In this document: one piece after another, positions 39,401 to 46,389 of the stretch | Layout: every line of letters begins with the position of its first letter | Numbering within the stretch: position 1 is the stretch's first letter | DNA from: an uncultured virus (IMG/VR IMGVR_UViG_3300001580_000018) | Lineage: Duplodnaviria; Heunggongvirae; Uroviricota; Caudoviricetes | IMG/VR virus record: IMGVR_UViG_3300001580_000018 | Location: 1-64,000 of that record | Length of the DNA: 64,000 nucleotides | Direction: 5' to 3' (one strand) | Notes under the pieces: generated by a model | Seen by the model: the letters and a program-made list of their open reading frames with translations, nothing else | Told to the model about the DNA's origin: nothing | Databases searched by the model: none | Made by a program: the position numbers and the translations under genes

Positions 39401-41995
39401 TACCAATATCGTGCTGATTTCTCAGAATGGCAAGCCGATACGGTTTATGCCATCGGCGATCGCGTGAGATACCGAGATCGGGTATGGCAAGCCACAGAAT
39501 CAAATTCGTCCAGCGACTTTGATCCAGATACATGGCAAATAGTTCCAGCAGCCGATCTGTCGGGCGTGGATCGTACCATGGGTTATTATGTTCCTCGAGA
39601 CAACGAACCCGGACTCGATCTCGCTTTATTGATCACAGGGGTAGATTATCCGGGTGTGCAAGTATATGGACCAGATTTTAACCAGAATACTGGATTCGAT
39701 GTGGGTAACTATGATATCAATCCATTTGATAATATCAGCTATGGCCCGGAAGGCCGTCCTACCTACGACCCGGCTATATTAGATGCCATATACGAAAGTG
39801 AATTCACGGATTCTTATCTAGGAGTATTACCGGCACCAGCCTATGATGGCGATCCCCCCAATGGTGGTCCAAACCCCATCGTAGTCGACGGCGGTGCCTT
39901 CGTTGACACATACTCTAGTCATGCTCCAGAAGAGTTAGTTCCAGGAGCCATATTTGATACATTAGACTTGCGTGTATATACATCTCCAGGCGCTGATTGG
40001 CAGGGCAATGGGCACGGTTTTGCGTTGCAATCTGTCAACTATCAAGTTGATTCTTTGCCAGCATCTTATAGTTTTGCTGATCTGTTACCGTACCCTGTGA
40101 CTCTGCGTGTGTTCAATATCACCACCGGACTAGAGATGACACCATTGGTCAATTATACCTCTGACTGGATTAACAACACGATCACGGTGATATCGGGTGC
40201 ATCAGTGTCTGATATTATATCGATTAATGTTTATGGTCTGGGCGGCGGCAATCAATTATACCGCGGAACTTACTTGGGTTCTGATGTTGGGCCATTGATA
40301 CAGGTGCCGATACAAGAATCATTGATTAGTGACATAGCAGTATTTGTCAATGGATCGCCGGTGAATAACTACACCTGGGAGTCTGCTGGGCAGTATATCA
40401 CAAATATCATTTTTAGCGCACCATTGACACCACAAGATCTGGCCACAGTGACTGTTTTTGGTCAACCAGTTAATGGCATCACGGGATGGAGCACACCGAT
40501 CACCCAATATTTTGTAGCCAACGGGTCGATGTCTTATACATTGGCCAATGACATTTCTGGCACTAATCCTGCTAATATATTGGTCACTATCAACGGAAGA
40601 CATAGCCGACCTGCGGAAGGTATAGCATATCTCGGTGATGGTAGCACAGTCACATACGGACTGCCAACACGGGGCGGTTATGATCAGAGTCTGATAGGCA
40701 ACAACGAAGTTGCAGTGTATGTAGATAACCGGTCTTTGACATTGGGGGTAGATTTTTATTTAGATCCCTATGATCTATCTAGCGATCGAACAGTGACTTT
40801 AACGATCGCTCCCCCTGCAGGTTCTAAGATCCTCATATCAGTGAGCCATGCTGCTGATTATTACATCAGCGGTACTACGTTGATTTGGAAACCATCTGCA
40901 TCATTGATTCCATTGCTAGGCGATACTATCGCGATCACTACATGGAATGATACCAGCGAACAAGATATACTGACGCAGGTGTTTGTTGGCCCAGAGGTGA
41001 TTGGATCACAGGTCAATCAAGGCTACGAAACTACATTGTATGACGAGGGCAATGTGACCGGAGCACCGGATAGCTATGATTATGGTGCCGGTATATTGAT
41101 AAAAATCAATAGATTTGACACAGGTCGAGTGATCGAAGATGCCAGCCGACTTTTAGTCTCGCTGAATGGAATATTCTTGTTTGCAGGCGACGATTTCATA
41201 GTTGACGGCAGCTCAATCAAAATACTTGGAGCACCGATTGATACCACAGCAGTACTGGCAATCACTAGCTTTACCCAGAGCGTGGTTCCAAACGCCATGG
41301 CGTTCCGCATCTTCCAAGACATGCGGGGACAACAGCTGACCTATCGCATCACACCAGAGACTACTACGGAACTGGCCCAGACATTGCAGCCCACAGATGA
41401 CACTATCTATGTCGTGGACGCTAGTCGTCTCGGCGATACAAATCTTGAACAAGGAATATTTGGGCAGATAACCATAGATGGTGAACGCATCACTTACCGC
41501 ACAAGAAATCTAGTCAATAATACTCTCTCTGGACTCCGGCGTGGCGTAGCCGGAACCGGTGCAGCAGAGCATGCCATCGGTGCAGCAGTGACAGACATCG
41601 GCCGCGGCAACCTCCTGCCTTTGGAGTACCAAGACACAGTGATCAGTACCCCTGTAGATACCAGCGATCCATTGGATCCAAATCCATATTTAGGTGACGG
41701 CGTGAATACTACTTTTGTTGCCACAGATATCACAGTGACTGGCCTGGGCAGCACAGAAACACAGGAAGCTGTGCGGGTATCCGTGGGAGGGACGGCTGTG
41801 ACTTCGGGATATCAGCTGACATCTGCAGCCCCGGTTACAGTGACATTTGATGAGCCACCGGCAGAGGGATCTTTGGTGACTATACAGGTCGTTCGCGGAT
41901 TGAGTTGGTATCAACCCGGCCCAGGAAGACCCAGTGACGGTGCACCGCTACAAGAGACCAATACCGTGGCAGCTAGGTTTATTAGGGGCGATTAA
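27467..41995 (+). CDS. giant (4842 aa) multidomain virion structural protein, gp7-like baseplate wedge/fibre attachment position
   Basis: Uninterrupted ORF after gp6. Contains FG-GAP-like propeller repeats, CBM5/12-like W....Y..GD.V modules, Ig-like V.VNG repeats and EVKPYHT. Confidence 0.8.
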   Translation: MMASRRRTVDLLPQIFRTETNQQFLAATLDQLTQEPSLVKTQGYVGRRVGPGVNPADNYVVEPTASRSDYQLEPGVVFFKPETTTPEDAITHPGMIDALDLQGANTTRQDRLFQSQYYVWDPFCDLDKFTNYSQYYWLPEGPEAVDVNATDVPLTDNWNVTRTNSGYQLSGEAGNNPTITLVRGGSYTFQISQGGGARFWIQSNPGVDGRLPSAPNISSRDVLGVINNGADAGTITFNVPSKTAQDFFYTLVPIGVIPGRAPNTAGTVDLITDLKFNEINNVYVDEFLRLNPLGIDGITNLKDRTLVFTNRIADSQDGGWQINTQFDPLLKSPTNNGRPGSFDTTTFDETIDIVDPNTRYGVWQIRYINDDTGNPYMRLDPVLSVNLLEKWRVLFGNQWSNTQWYRNASGFPEKIPLLTAALDELWYQDSLNPELFGRIRLVDSAGLNPVRIDEIIGAKNYTSPNGVVFTNGLKVQFRGFTEPAEFQDQEYYVEGVGTGFGVDARVGFVDGEAYFGPWHLFDNQRLTGAIHSETEFQQYIYDTVAESLANRGAGYPENAPLPSEGVLGATSGNGIRLIPVRELVTPETYTESLSEPYDSLPYDFGNYDGTLNAPLVPDYITINRASRDRNAWSRSNRWFHVDVIRYAAELNNTIPVFDNSQRGKRPIIEFRPDLRLFNFGTEAKLPVNIIDFAATDAFSNINGQLGYSIDGYTFIDGSRVIFAGDRDPDVRNRVYEVSFIDPDGDPGSAKIINLTPIFDARALIDQTVVCLSGNTQQGKSYWFNGSDWVLAQQKIGVNQAPLFDVYDANGISFSDLSVYPSSTFAGSRLFGYAAGGTGRSDDVLGFALKYLNINNVGDIVFENYLYTDTFLYVRNSVSSQESIGTGFVRQYLDRTLFSREIGWQDSIVENRSRQVFRFIYDGSPLILDVPVDLDSPSAPVQIFQGTEYINPDQYTTEVNGNNTIITLNGGANIGTVLEVQVISDQASAVAFYQVPLNLENNPLNENSNSFTLGTIRAQYETIGQNLSDIQGPIIGANNTRDLGNILRYGTKIVQNSAPLALAGPFLRDRRYEVIDALRFNSQEYEKFKALLMDLASQGDFISNTPTQILDAVLAEIALGKTNQSPFYWGDMLPAGQNYSSTFYTVSLISTDTFDTRQTYDYDASNYLGLNVYVNGTIQIRGYDYIANSGSRTVTFLRDLVVGDQIEFREFSATYGTYVPNTPSKMGLYPKFCPAIYIDEAYVNPTQVIRGHDGSITVAFGDFRDQVLLEFEIRVFNNIKISTPVPISAAEVIPGQFRETDYTLAEINEILSSDFLTWAGWNKLDYAPQTYLPNDPITYNYGQSSNKLNGQPLLGAWRGIYNYFYDTITPNTTPWEMLGFSERPDWWENYYGPAPYTSGNLVLWEDLSQGRVRDPNGEYFLPQYARPGLTDVIPSDSEGELLAPIDSTVGNYDGTSFRRSWVFGDDGPVENVWRTSSSWPFAVMRLLALTKPAKFFSLFADRDRYVYQPDLAQYLWDGRYRLDAKQLSPIYGNGVSKASYINWIIDYNRQLGVNSTQGLTDKLSNIGIHLCWRLAGFSDKKYLRLYTERSTPNSSNAGLLLPDESYQLLLYKNQPFEEITYSSVIVQLTDTGWQVFGYSTAEPYFEILTSRPNGTTIVIEAGQGADSTAVRIATEHSDNVTQIPYGYTFKNRTAVCDFLYSYGLLLERQGFVFENQENGYVLNWLQMCQEFLYWSNQGWSPGAIINLNPGATRISVSRPQAVVDSLADPRPKNLILNQNRQAIPPGQLVLERLGNVFRATSFNQNTINYLNVSFTAYEHMVVLDNRSIFNDLIYDPRTGARQSRILVSGVISGDWDGTVNAPGFVLNQDNIQEWIPNQAYAKGEIVLFKGEYWSASTIIQPSREFNYTLWIKSDYDEIQKGLLPNASNASDELASAYSVYNASLQNETDLFSYGLIGFRPRDYMTALNLDDVSQVQLYQQFLGSKGTVRAAEIFSFANLGKEIAEYNIYEYWALLRGSYGATANRNYFELLLDAAKLRSDPSLVQIVLPQETSQADQLILLENIYKTSDPLITTDILPTVMSLVSDTGLPTAGYVNLEDVDFTVFDLEDFGTTQNTLNQSVTEIGVGSTIWAAKVNNHDWGVFRVETVPGDIILVSDNLDGRSLVEFTVPHGLNVNDILIIRFFNDAVNGTYRVLSVPSLNQVLIDYSFVGRQTSIVGTGVGFTLQNARVSQASDIVNLPYSKSLLPGDRAWVDNNNNGQWMVLQKQQPFSARQDAPLATPVTGSQYGTSITQSVNNLAALVGAPGYGIGGAVYTYIKDTTNQYAENIILELGTTGAAGYGNAADWGDQTWAVVGASASRSSQGYAVVINHPPSSNVFTQYQLLVDSTGSAADEFGHSVAISRDERWIYVGAPGANRVYGYGLIEVALQSIEYQSNGSTLIYSFNGSIEINNVEQLAVIVNGIPQTRITDYNVDLTNKQITFVSAPAAGAEIIMARRIDKLIPSTGAFTYSVIDIYGADSTTSLAVYVNDVLQRPGIDYTLVGTTLTFVSPPSAGVQIRVRTGSYYRKVFEINGSTPGLPALDSGARFGHSVTTTTDGRLIAVGAPGQGSQGRVFIFDRAVKRFQVGTTLFPVGTTEFPTQESLNLSPINVTLNGQFLVNNQGNVNGDYTVNDDSSNTVVLNNAPAAGDIVEVETNQISFVQEIQANIPSAGAEFGSSLDQCASNCSLYIGSPRDSQNLIESGSVDYQINQARVYGSLTGVIQNPTLTPGDFLRVNNYYVKVTGTTVESLAQDIIDAVIPNVTAAVDNGKLMIFVKNQSTATPGNRLSVLPGTGSVFFDVGFEPLAWVQTFAAPVEQAYAHFGSSVYINETSQNLVIGAPDATAIESCTFDVYTLPQYLVAELGISGQIVQTNTYTGDGITDYFAYDINNSAGKIVVEVDGVVQNYIKGSTGSYYIDRNPRPWNSTTIYNIGDFIDFNGPIYRALQTVPAGFSPVDEINPLLPVYWASATFPQVYATDIAYVNFTAIPSAGSTINVYQISDSYLLNSNSPEDISSTTFDASSLNFLDPVPNSGAVYTFDLLSAVNPSITNPSKFVFGQQILPTNLAPYDRFGAAVNYTTGTLLCGAPGYNDDSSVTDSGRVVEFINQGRQPAWTITRIQKSVVDINCLNSVFMYDRFASSTKQYFDFIDPLQGRLLGAVRQNLDYIGAIDPAAYNVGSVNNYGQRWAEERVGEMWWDTANARFLDPNQDDIVYASRRWAQLFPGSTIDVYQWISSSVPPAQYTGPGQVRDTESYVSVTGVNDQGIIEPVYYFWVRGIRTVNRAARKTLGAETVARYIESPKSSGIAYIAPINASTVAIYNGLPYISAEDTVLHIEYDQTPNDDAVHVEYNLVTQNRADGFLIPTSYRKWLDSFSGYDTVGNPVPDPFLPESERYGINFRPRQSMFANRFLALQNYLQQANSVMKDLPIREIRSFPLLESSEPIPTSSSEEWNLQVANLAELSYQDLAIVPATSIQAVSWSGASSSTIQVSNPSVLQVGQLVIGENIPSNTFIGSISGNLVSLINSAGISVSTTGSSTTSQQITFQGYRYLVLNDSSNNGLWTIYEVQSGTLPGSKGLGLIRVQNYDTPKYWQYIDWYLPGYNPSTILVAEVPNYSALETITVPDGSSVKVTANAQGFWEIYRLTAGTWVRVALQSGTVEILPEIWDYSIGRFGFDVEVFDAQYFDQEPITETRRILQSLNEEIFIDDLAIERNRLLILTFNYILGEQIAPLWLTKTSLIDVDHVIRNLEPFQIYRLDNQDFVLNYIQEVKPYHTQIREFNLIYQGSDEYQGTVTDFDVPAYWNAQENLFVSPVLDDVGNLSTTSSTPSTSEIWQTLPWSQWYQNYLLGIESVTIVDGGSGYTVPPEVVITGECERPAVAIANINSAGRVSSIDVVDPGLGYRTTAIITLEGGNGIGARAVANMGNSLVRDIKTTIKYDRYQYRADFSEWQADTVYAIGDRVRYRDRVWQATESNSSSDFDPDTWQIVPAADLSGVDRTMGYYVPRDNEPGLDLALLITGVDYPGVQVYGPDFNQNTGFDVGNYDINPFDNISYGPEGRPTYDPAILDAIYESEFTDSYLGVLPAPAYDGDPPNGGPNPIVVDGGAFVDTYSSHAPEELVPGAIFDTLDLRVYTSPGADWQGNGHGFALQSVNYQVDSLPASYSFADLLPYPVTLRVFNITTGLEMTPLVNYTSDWINNTITVISGASVSDIISINVYGLGGGNQLYRGTYLGSDVGPLIQVPIQESLISDIAVFVNGSPVNNYTWESAGQYITNIIFSAPLTPQDLATVTVFGQPVNGITGWSTPITQYFVANGSMSYTLANDISGTNPANILVTINGRHSRPAEGIAYLGDGSTVTYGLPTRGGYDQSLIGNNEVAVYVDNRSLTLGVDFYLDPYDLSSDRTVTLTIAPPAGSKILISVSHAADYYISGTTLIWKPSASLIPLLGDTIAITTWNDTSEQDILTQVFVGPEVIGSQVNQGYETTLYDEGNVTGAPDSYDYGAGILIKINRFDTGRVIEDASRLLVSLNGIFLFAGDDFIVDGSSIKILGAPIDTTAVLAITSFTQSVVPNAMAFRIFQDMRGQQLTYRITPETTTELAQTLQPTDDTIYVVDASRLGDTNLEQGIFGQITIDGERITYRTRNLVNNTLSGLRRGVAGTGAAEHAIGAAVTDIGRGNLLPLEYQDTVISTPVDTSDPLDPNPYLGDGVNTTFVATDITVTGLGSTETQEAVRVSVGGTAVTSGYQLTSAAPVTVTFDEPPAEGSLVTIQVVRGLSWYQPGPGRPSDGAPLQETNTVAARFIRGD

Positions 41996-42012
41996 CCATG
42001 GTAAATAACAAG

Positions 42013-42159
42013 ATGCAAAACAATGAAAAACCCACTGTCAACGAAAAATCGTCAACTGTTCCATCTCGCCCCAATGAATCCGGGCAATTGCATCTTGACG
42101 ATTTTGTGAAAATTTTTGACCCAAACAACCAGGAAGTGCTGCTGGAGAAAAGATCATGA
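42013..42159 (+). CDS. 48-aa small protein absent from the ORF track (MQNNEKP...HLDDFVKIFDPNNQEVLLEKRS)
   Basis: ATG 5 nt after TAAATA (42002-42007); its TGA overlaps the next ATG (ATGA). Confidence 0.7.
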   Translation: MQNNEKPTVNEKSSTVPSRPNESGQLHLDDFVKIFDPNNQEVLLEKRS

Positions 42160-42761
42160 TGTCATTAGGCCCGGTAAAAGTTGAGGGGTTCCTCAAGATA
42201 CATGACCCAAATTCTGGGGAAATTTTCGTTGATAAAAAGAATGCTATCCATTACGAACACATGAGTATCGCTTTGGCTCAGAGCATAGCTAATAAGAACC
42301 TCGGATTTATTTACGCCATGGCTTTTGGTAATGGTGGTTCTGCTGTAGATCCAACAGGAGTTATAACTTATTTGCCCCCAAATACCACCGGTACAAACGC
42401 TGATTTGTACAATCAAACATATATCAAAGTGGTTGATAATAACAGTGCAGCCAATACAGATCCTACACGTAATAATCTTACCGTATTGCACACAACAGGA
42501 ACAGTTTACACTGATGTCCTAGTCACGTGTTTGTTGGATTACGGTGAACCTGCTGGACAACAAGCATTTGATAATTCCACCAATTTCAATGGTGAATTTG
42601 TGTTTGACGAATTAGGACTAAAAAGCTGGGAGGGCGCAGCCGATGATCTCATGCTGATTACCCATGTGATTTTCCACCCAGTGCAAAAGAGCTTAAACCG
42701 CCAGATACAGATTGATTACACGGTACGTATACAGACTCTAACGTCGTTAAGTGCTGCATGA
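42156..42761 (+). CDS. virion structural protein (baseplate/tail-fibre associated)
   Basis: KKNAIH, MAFGNGG, LDYGEP, FDELGL, THVIFHPVQKSLNR.IQIDYT; located in the late operon. Confidence 0.7.
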   Translation: MMSLGPVKVEGFLKIHDPNSGEIFVDKKNAIHYEHMSIALAQSIANKNLGFIYAMAFGNGGSAVDPTGVITYLPPNTTGTNADLYNQTYIKVVDNNSAANTDPTRNNLTVLHTTGTVYTDVLVTCLLDYGEPAGQQAFDNSTNFNGEFVFDELGLKSWEGAADDLMLITHVIFHPVQKSLNRQIQIDYTVRIQTLTSLSAA

Positions 42762-43525
42762 TGTCTTACGTAAACCAAATTCTAGAACTAGCATTGCAAA
42801 ACAAATACACTAAATGGTATTGTGGTTTAATTACAAGAGCGCAGCAACGAGCAACGACTAGATCTGATGCAAAAAAAATACTAGGTTATACTGAAAAACA
42901 TCATATTTTACCTAAGTCATTTAAGTTGGGCGGAGATAAAGATAAACTTAATTACGCATATTTAACTGCCAGAGAACATTTAGTATGTCACTTATTGCTA
43001 ACAAAAATGTTTACCGGCAGCTTTAAGATAAAAATGTGTTTTGCTTTACATTCCATGTACCGAGTAATGAAACGCAACGACCAACTTGAATTATCAAGCT
43101 GGGAATATCAAAAAATTAAAGAAGCAAATAGTTACGCACGAAGCAATTCGTCTAGCGGAATGAAAAATAAGAAACATCGTCAGGATTCGATTGAATTGAT
43201 GCGGATTAACGCCAATGGATTTAAAAAAGGATGTATTCCACACAACAAAGGAAAAAAAGAAGCTGATGATTTAAAGGAAAAAAGATTAAAATCTATAAAA
43301 AAATATCGAGATCAAAATCCAGAGTGGGATAAAAATTGGCAAGAAGGCAGAAAAAGAGCTGAACCTAACCGTATTAAATTATGCAGCAAAAGTACAGAGG
43401 TAGACGGAATAATTTATCCCTCTGCTACTACAGCGGCAAATACCCTGGGACTAAAGAAAATTACTCTTATTAAACGAGTCAAAAGTCCAAATTTTCCAAC
43501 ATACAAATATGTTGAGAATTCATAA
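42758..43525 (+). CDS. HNH homing endonuclease with NUMOD-type DNA-binding repeats
   Basis: EKHHILPKS...GG....N...LTAREH..CH.LL; KKH...S, PHNKGKK, IYPSATTAA..LG; AT-rich. Confidence 0.85.
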   Translation: MMSYVNQILELALQNKYTKWYCGLITRAQQRATTRSDAKKILGYTEKHHILPKSFKLGGDKDKLNYAYLTAREHLVCHLLLTKMFTGSFKIKMCFALHSMYRVMKRNDQLELSSWEYQKIKEANSYARSNSSSGMKNKKHRQDSIELMRINANGFKKGCIPHNKGKKEADDLKEKRLKSIKKYRDQNPEWDKNWQEGRKRAEPNRIKLCSKSTEVDGIIYPSATTAANTLGLKKITLIKRVKSPNFPTYKYVENS

Positions 43526-43575
43526 ATATGAGTAGATTAAGATCCTATAAATAAAGGAACACGGAGTAACGACAA

Positions 43576-44988
43576 ATGGCATATACCATAAATTTAACTG
43601 ACGGTAGCATATTCGCAACAATCGCGGACGGTACCATCAACACTACATCAAGTATGACCTTGGTGGGTAAAAACTACGCTGGTTACGGTGAGTTCCTAGA
43701 CGAAAACTTCATCCACCTGCTGGAAAATGGTTCTAATACTACTGCCCCTGGTAACCCATTGACGGGCCAGCTGTGGTGGGACAAAGCCAACAACGTCATG
43801 AAGGTCTACAACGGTAGCACTTTCAAGGTCATTTCGGCAGCTACCTCTAGCTCCACACAGCCCACTTCAAACGTATCCGGCGATCTGTGGTTCGATACTA
43901 CCAACCAACAATTAAAAGTCTATAATGGTAGTGCATTTATATTAGTCGGTCCAGCTTCTAGCGCTGGCCAAGGAACTTCGGGCACGATCGTTACTACGAT
44001 CACAGATAACCTTTCAGTGGATCATGTGGTGTTGCAATTCTATGTAGGCAATAGCATCGTTGGCGTGATGAGTAAAGATTCTACTTTTACACCACAAACA
44101 GCGATTTCTGGATTCTCAACCATCGGCCCCGGCCTGCAGCTTTCCAGCACCGTGCCCAGTGTGTTATTCCGCGGCACAGCCACAGATTCCAATCTATTGG
44201 GTGGAATCCCAGCATCGGGATTTTTAAGTTCTACCAGTAATGACACTACTGACGGTACATTGGGAATTCTCAACGACACTGGTTTAACCGTGGGTGCTGT
44301 TCAAAGCGCTCAGATCCAGGTGATCACTGCCAACTCGGAAGTCGTGTTGCGTAACCAGAGCACCGATGCTAACCTCAGCATCCGCGTCAACGATGGCGGA
44401 GTAGACACCCCAGTGATGCAAGTCAATGGTTCCACGGCTGCGGTGACTTTCCCTGGAAATGTTTCTATTGGAAATGTTTCTGTGGGCACAGGCACAGTGA
44501 CACTGGGCAATATCGTCAACTCTAATGCCAATGGCGTTGGCAACATTGGTTCGTCAACATCATACTTCAACCAAGTATTTGCTCAAGCCACTACGGCTCT
44601 CTACGCTGACGTGGCTGAACGATTTGCAGCAGATACTTACTATGAAGCAGGCACAGTGGTTGAACTTGGTGGTTCTAAAGAGATTACCAAATCCGTCACA
44701 GAACTCAGTGAGAATGTTTTTGGTGTGGTAAGTACTCGTGCAGCGTTCTTGATGAACGGTGGTGCAGGCGATGATGCTACCCACCCGCCCATCGCGATGA
44801 CCGGTCGGGTTCCGGTTCGTGTAGTGGGCTCGGTCAAAAAAGGAGATAGGTTAGTATCTGCCGGCAACGGGTTGGCCCGAGCAGCTCTTCCCGGAGAGGC
44901 CACGGCATTTAATGTGATTGGCCGGGCATTAGAAGATCGTGTAGAATCTTCAGAAGGCACAGTAGAAGCTATTGTTACTATCAAATAA
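43576..44988 (+). CDS. tail fibre-like protein with C-terminal chaperone-like domain
   Basis: LVGKNYAGYGE..ENF.HLLEN, repeated G.LW.D...Q/.KVYNG, C-terminal YADVAERF...GRVPVRV.G...KGD.LV. Confidence 0.75.
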   Translation: MAYTINLTDGSIFATIADGTINTTSSMTLVGKNYAGYGEFLDENFIHLLENGSNTTAPGNPLTGQLWWDKANNVMKVYNGSTFKVISAATSSSTQPTSNVSGDLWFDTTNQQLKVYNGSAFILVGPASSAGQGTSGTIVTTITDNLSVDHVVLQFYVGNSIVGVMSKDSTFTPQTAISGFSTIGPGLQLSSTVPSVLFRGTATDSNLLGGIPASGFLSSTSNDTTDGTLGILNDTGLTVGAVQSAQIQVITANSEVVLRNQSTDANLSIRVNDGGVDTPVMQVNGSTAAVTFPGNVSIGNVSVGTGTVTLGNIVNSNANGVGNIGSSTSYFNQVFAQATTALYADVAERFAADTYYEAGTVVELGGSKEITKSVTELSENVFGVVSTRAAFLMNGGAGDDATHPPIAMTGRVPVRVVGSVKKGDRLVSAGNGLARAALPGEATAFNVIGRALEDRVESSEGTVEAIVTIK

Positions 44989-44997
44989 GGAAAAGAA

Positions 44998-46002
44998 ATG
45001 ACGTACTCAGCAGGTGGACTTATTCAGGCAGCGGATTATAATGGATTCGCATCAACAACTTCTGGCGCCAATGTCAATGACATCTGGAGTACCGGTGCCA
45101 CCGACAAAGGATATGGTCAAACTGCCTTGTCAACTGTGTCAGCAGCTGCCACAGTCAGCGCAACAAATTGGGCCAGTCTGGTAAACACTATAGCTACCAT
45201 CGGCAATCATCAAGGAACATCGATCACTTCCAGGACTGCTCCAGTGACCGGAGATCTGATCACGATCCTTAGTAATTTAAACACAGATCTGACTAATCTT
45301 ACTACTAATCGAGGTAATGCAGCGGCTTCTGGTACTACCATTGGGTCGTTTACCGGAACCACATCTAAGACCTCTGCCACAGGATCAGGCAATTCCGCAT
45401 GGACTATTACATTTACACATGCCATTACTTTTGCGTCCGCTAATGCAGCACGTTATTTCTTTAACGCTGGCGGGCTAGTCAAGCTCATGTACGGCAAGAG
45501 CAGTACCGGTACTGATCATGACCCTGACTGGAACACACTGGCTGGACAATGCGGAAGTATTTTCTTTAGTGGTCGCGTCAATGGTGCCGCACAAAACATC
45601 GCAGGTACCAGTTATACTGGAACTACACGTATTGGCGGCACAGGTGGAACACAAACAACATTGGCTACTACCACTGGTTTTTATAATCTCACTGCTGGCG
45701 GCGCAGCTACCACTATTTTCCAGCTCAACAATGCCACTGCTCCTTACACACCAGAATACATCCGTACCACAGTGGCCTTGAATGCAGGTGGAACCGTGTT
45801 AACTTTTGTTACAACTTGGGTTGATGATGGCACTGGCATCCCCGGTGCGACATCCAATATTTCGGGTGGTACTGCTACATCAAGCCCGGCCACATCTATC
45901 ACTGGCACTGCACCTACTACTTTGGTTAACTTGGTGCCTCCTTCGACGAATTATCTTTCTGCCAGCTGGGGTACACCCACTATCGCTGCATCAGTGGCAT
46001 AA
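44998..46002 (+). CDS. Thr/Ser/Gly/Ala-rich virion structural protein
   Basis: MTYS.G.LIQA.DYN, F.SANAARYFFNAGG; last gene before a terminator. Confidence 0.7.
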   Translation: MTYSAGGLIQAADYNGFASTTSGANVNDIWSTGATDKGYGQTALSTVSAAATVSATNWASLVNTIATIGNHQGTSITSRTAPVTGDLITILSNLNTDLTNLTTNRGNAAASGTTIGSFTGTTSKTSATGSGNSAWTITFTHAITFASANAARYFFNAGGLVKLMYGKSSTGTDHDPDWNTLAGQCGSIFFSGRVNGAAQNIAGTSYTGTTRIGGTGGTQTTLATTTGFYNLTAGGAATTIFQLNNATAPYTPEYIRTTVALNAGGTVLTFVTTWVDDGTGIPGATSNISGGTATSSPATSITGTAPTTLVNLVPPSTNYLSASWGTPTIAASVA

Positions 46003-46029
46003 TCAAGCATTAGATTTACTAGCTTTACC

Positions 46030-46054
46030 AAAAAGGGCCCCAGGGCCCTTTACT
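46030..46054. terminator. intrinsic, probably bidirectional terminator ending the structural operon
   Basis: AAAGGGCC-CCAG-GGCCCTTT hairpin flanked by A and T runs. Confidence 0.7.
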
Positions 46055-46077
46055 TTATTCCAAAATCCTGTTAAACT
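46049..46077 (+). promoter_or_regulatory. possible sigma70-like promoter for the modification cluster
   Basis: TTTACT-N17-TAAACT with extended TG; ATG 6 nt downstream. Confidence 0.4.
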
Positions 46078-46083
46078 ATCACG

Positions 46084-46389
46084 ATGGATACCGAACAACT
46101 AATATCTCATAGTCGTGTGCGATTTGAGCATGCTGCTGCCAAACGACTTTTAAAAGAAAAATATCAAGGTAAAATGATTTTCGCCCATGCCGGGGGCATG
46201 TGGCGTGCAGGACCAGAACTACTGACTACTTGTCTCGCTTGCCCAACTGCTGATGGTGTGTTGCTGGATCTCTATGAGAATCCCATAAAGGTCAATATCC
46301 GTGAATTATATGGCCAGGCACAAGAACGATGGCAAGAGCAAATGACAGCGTGGGAGATTGAGTACCAAGAGCTCAGCAGAAAACGATGA
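46084..46389 (+). CDS. hypothetical protein
   Basis: 101-aa ORF heading a chain of overlapping genes. Confidence 0.75.
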   Translation: MDTEQLISHSRVRFEHAAAKRLLKEKYQGKMIFAHAGGMWRAGPELLTTCLACPTADGVLLDLYENPIKVNIRELYGQAQERWQEQMTAWEIEYQELSRKR

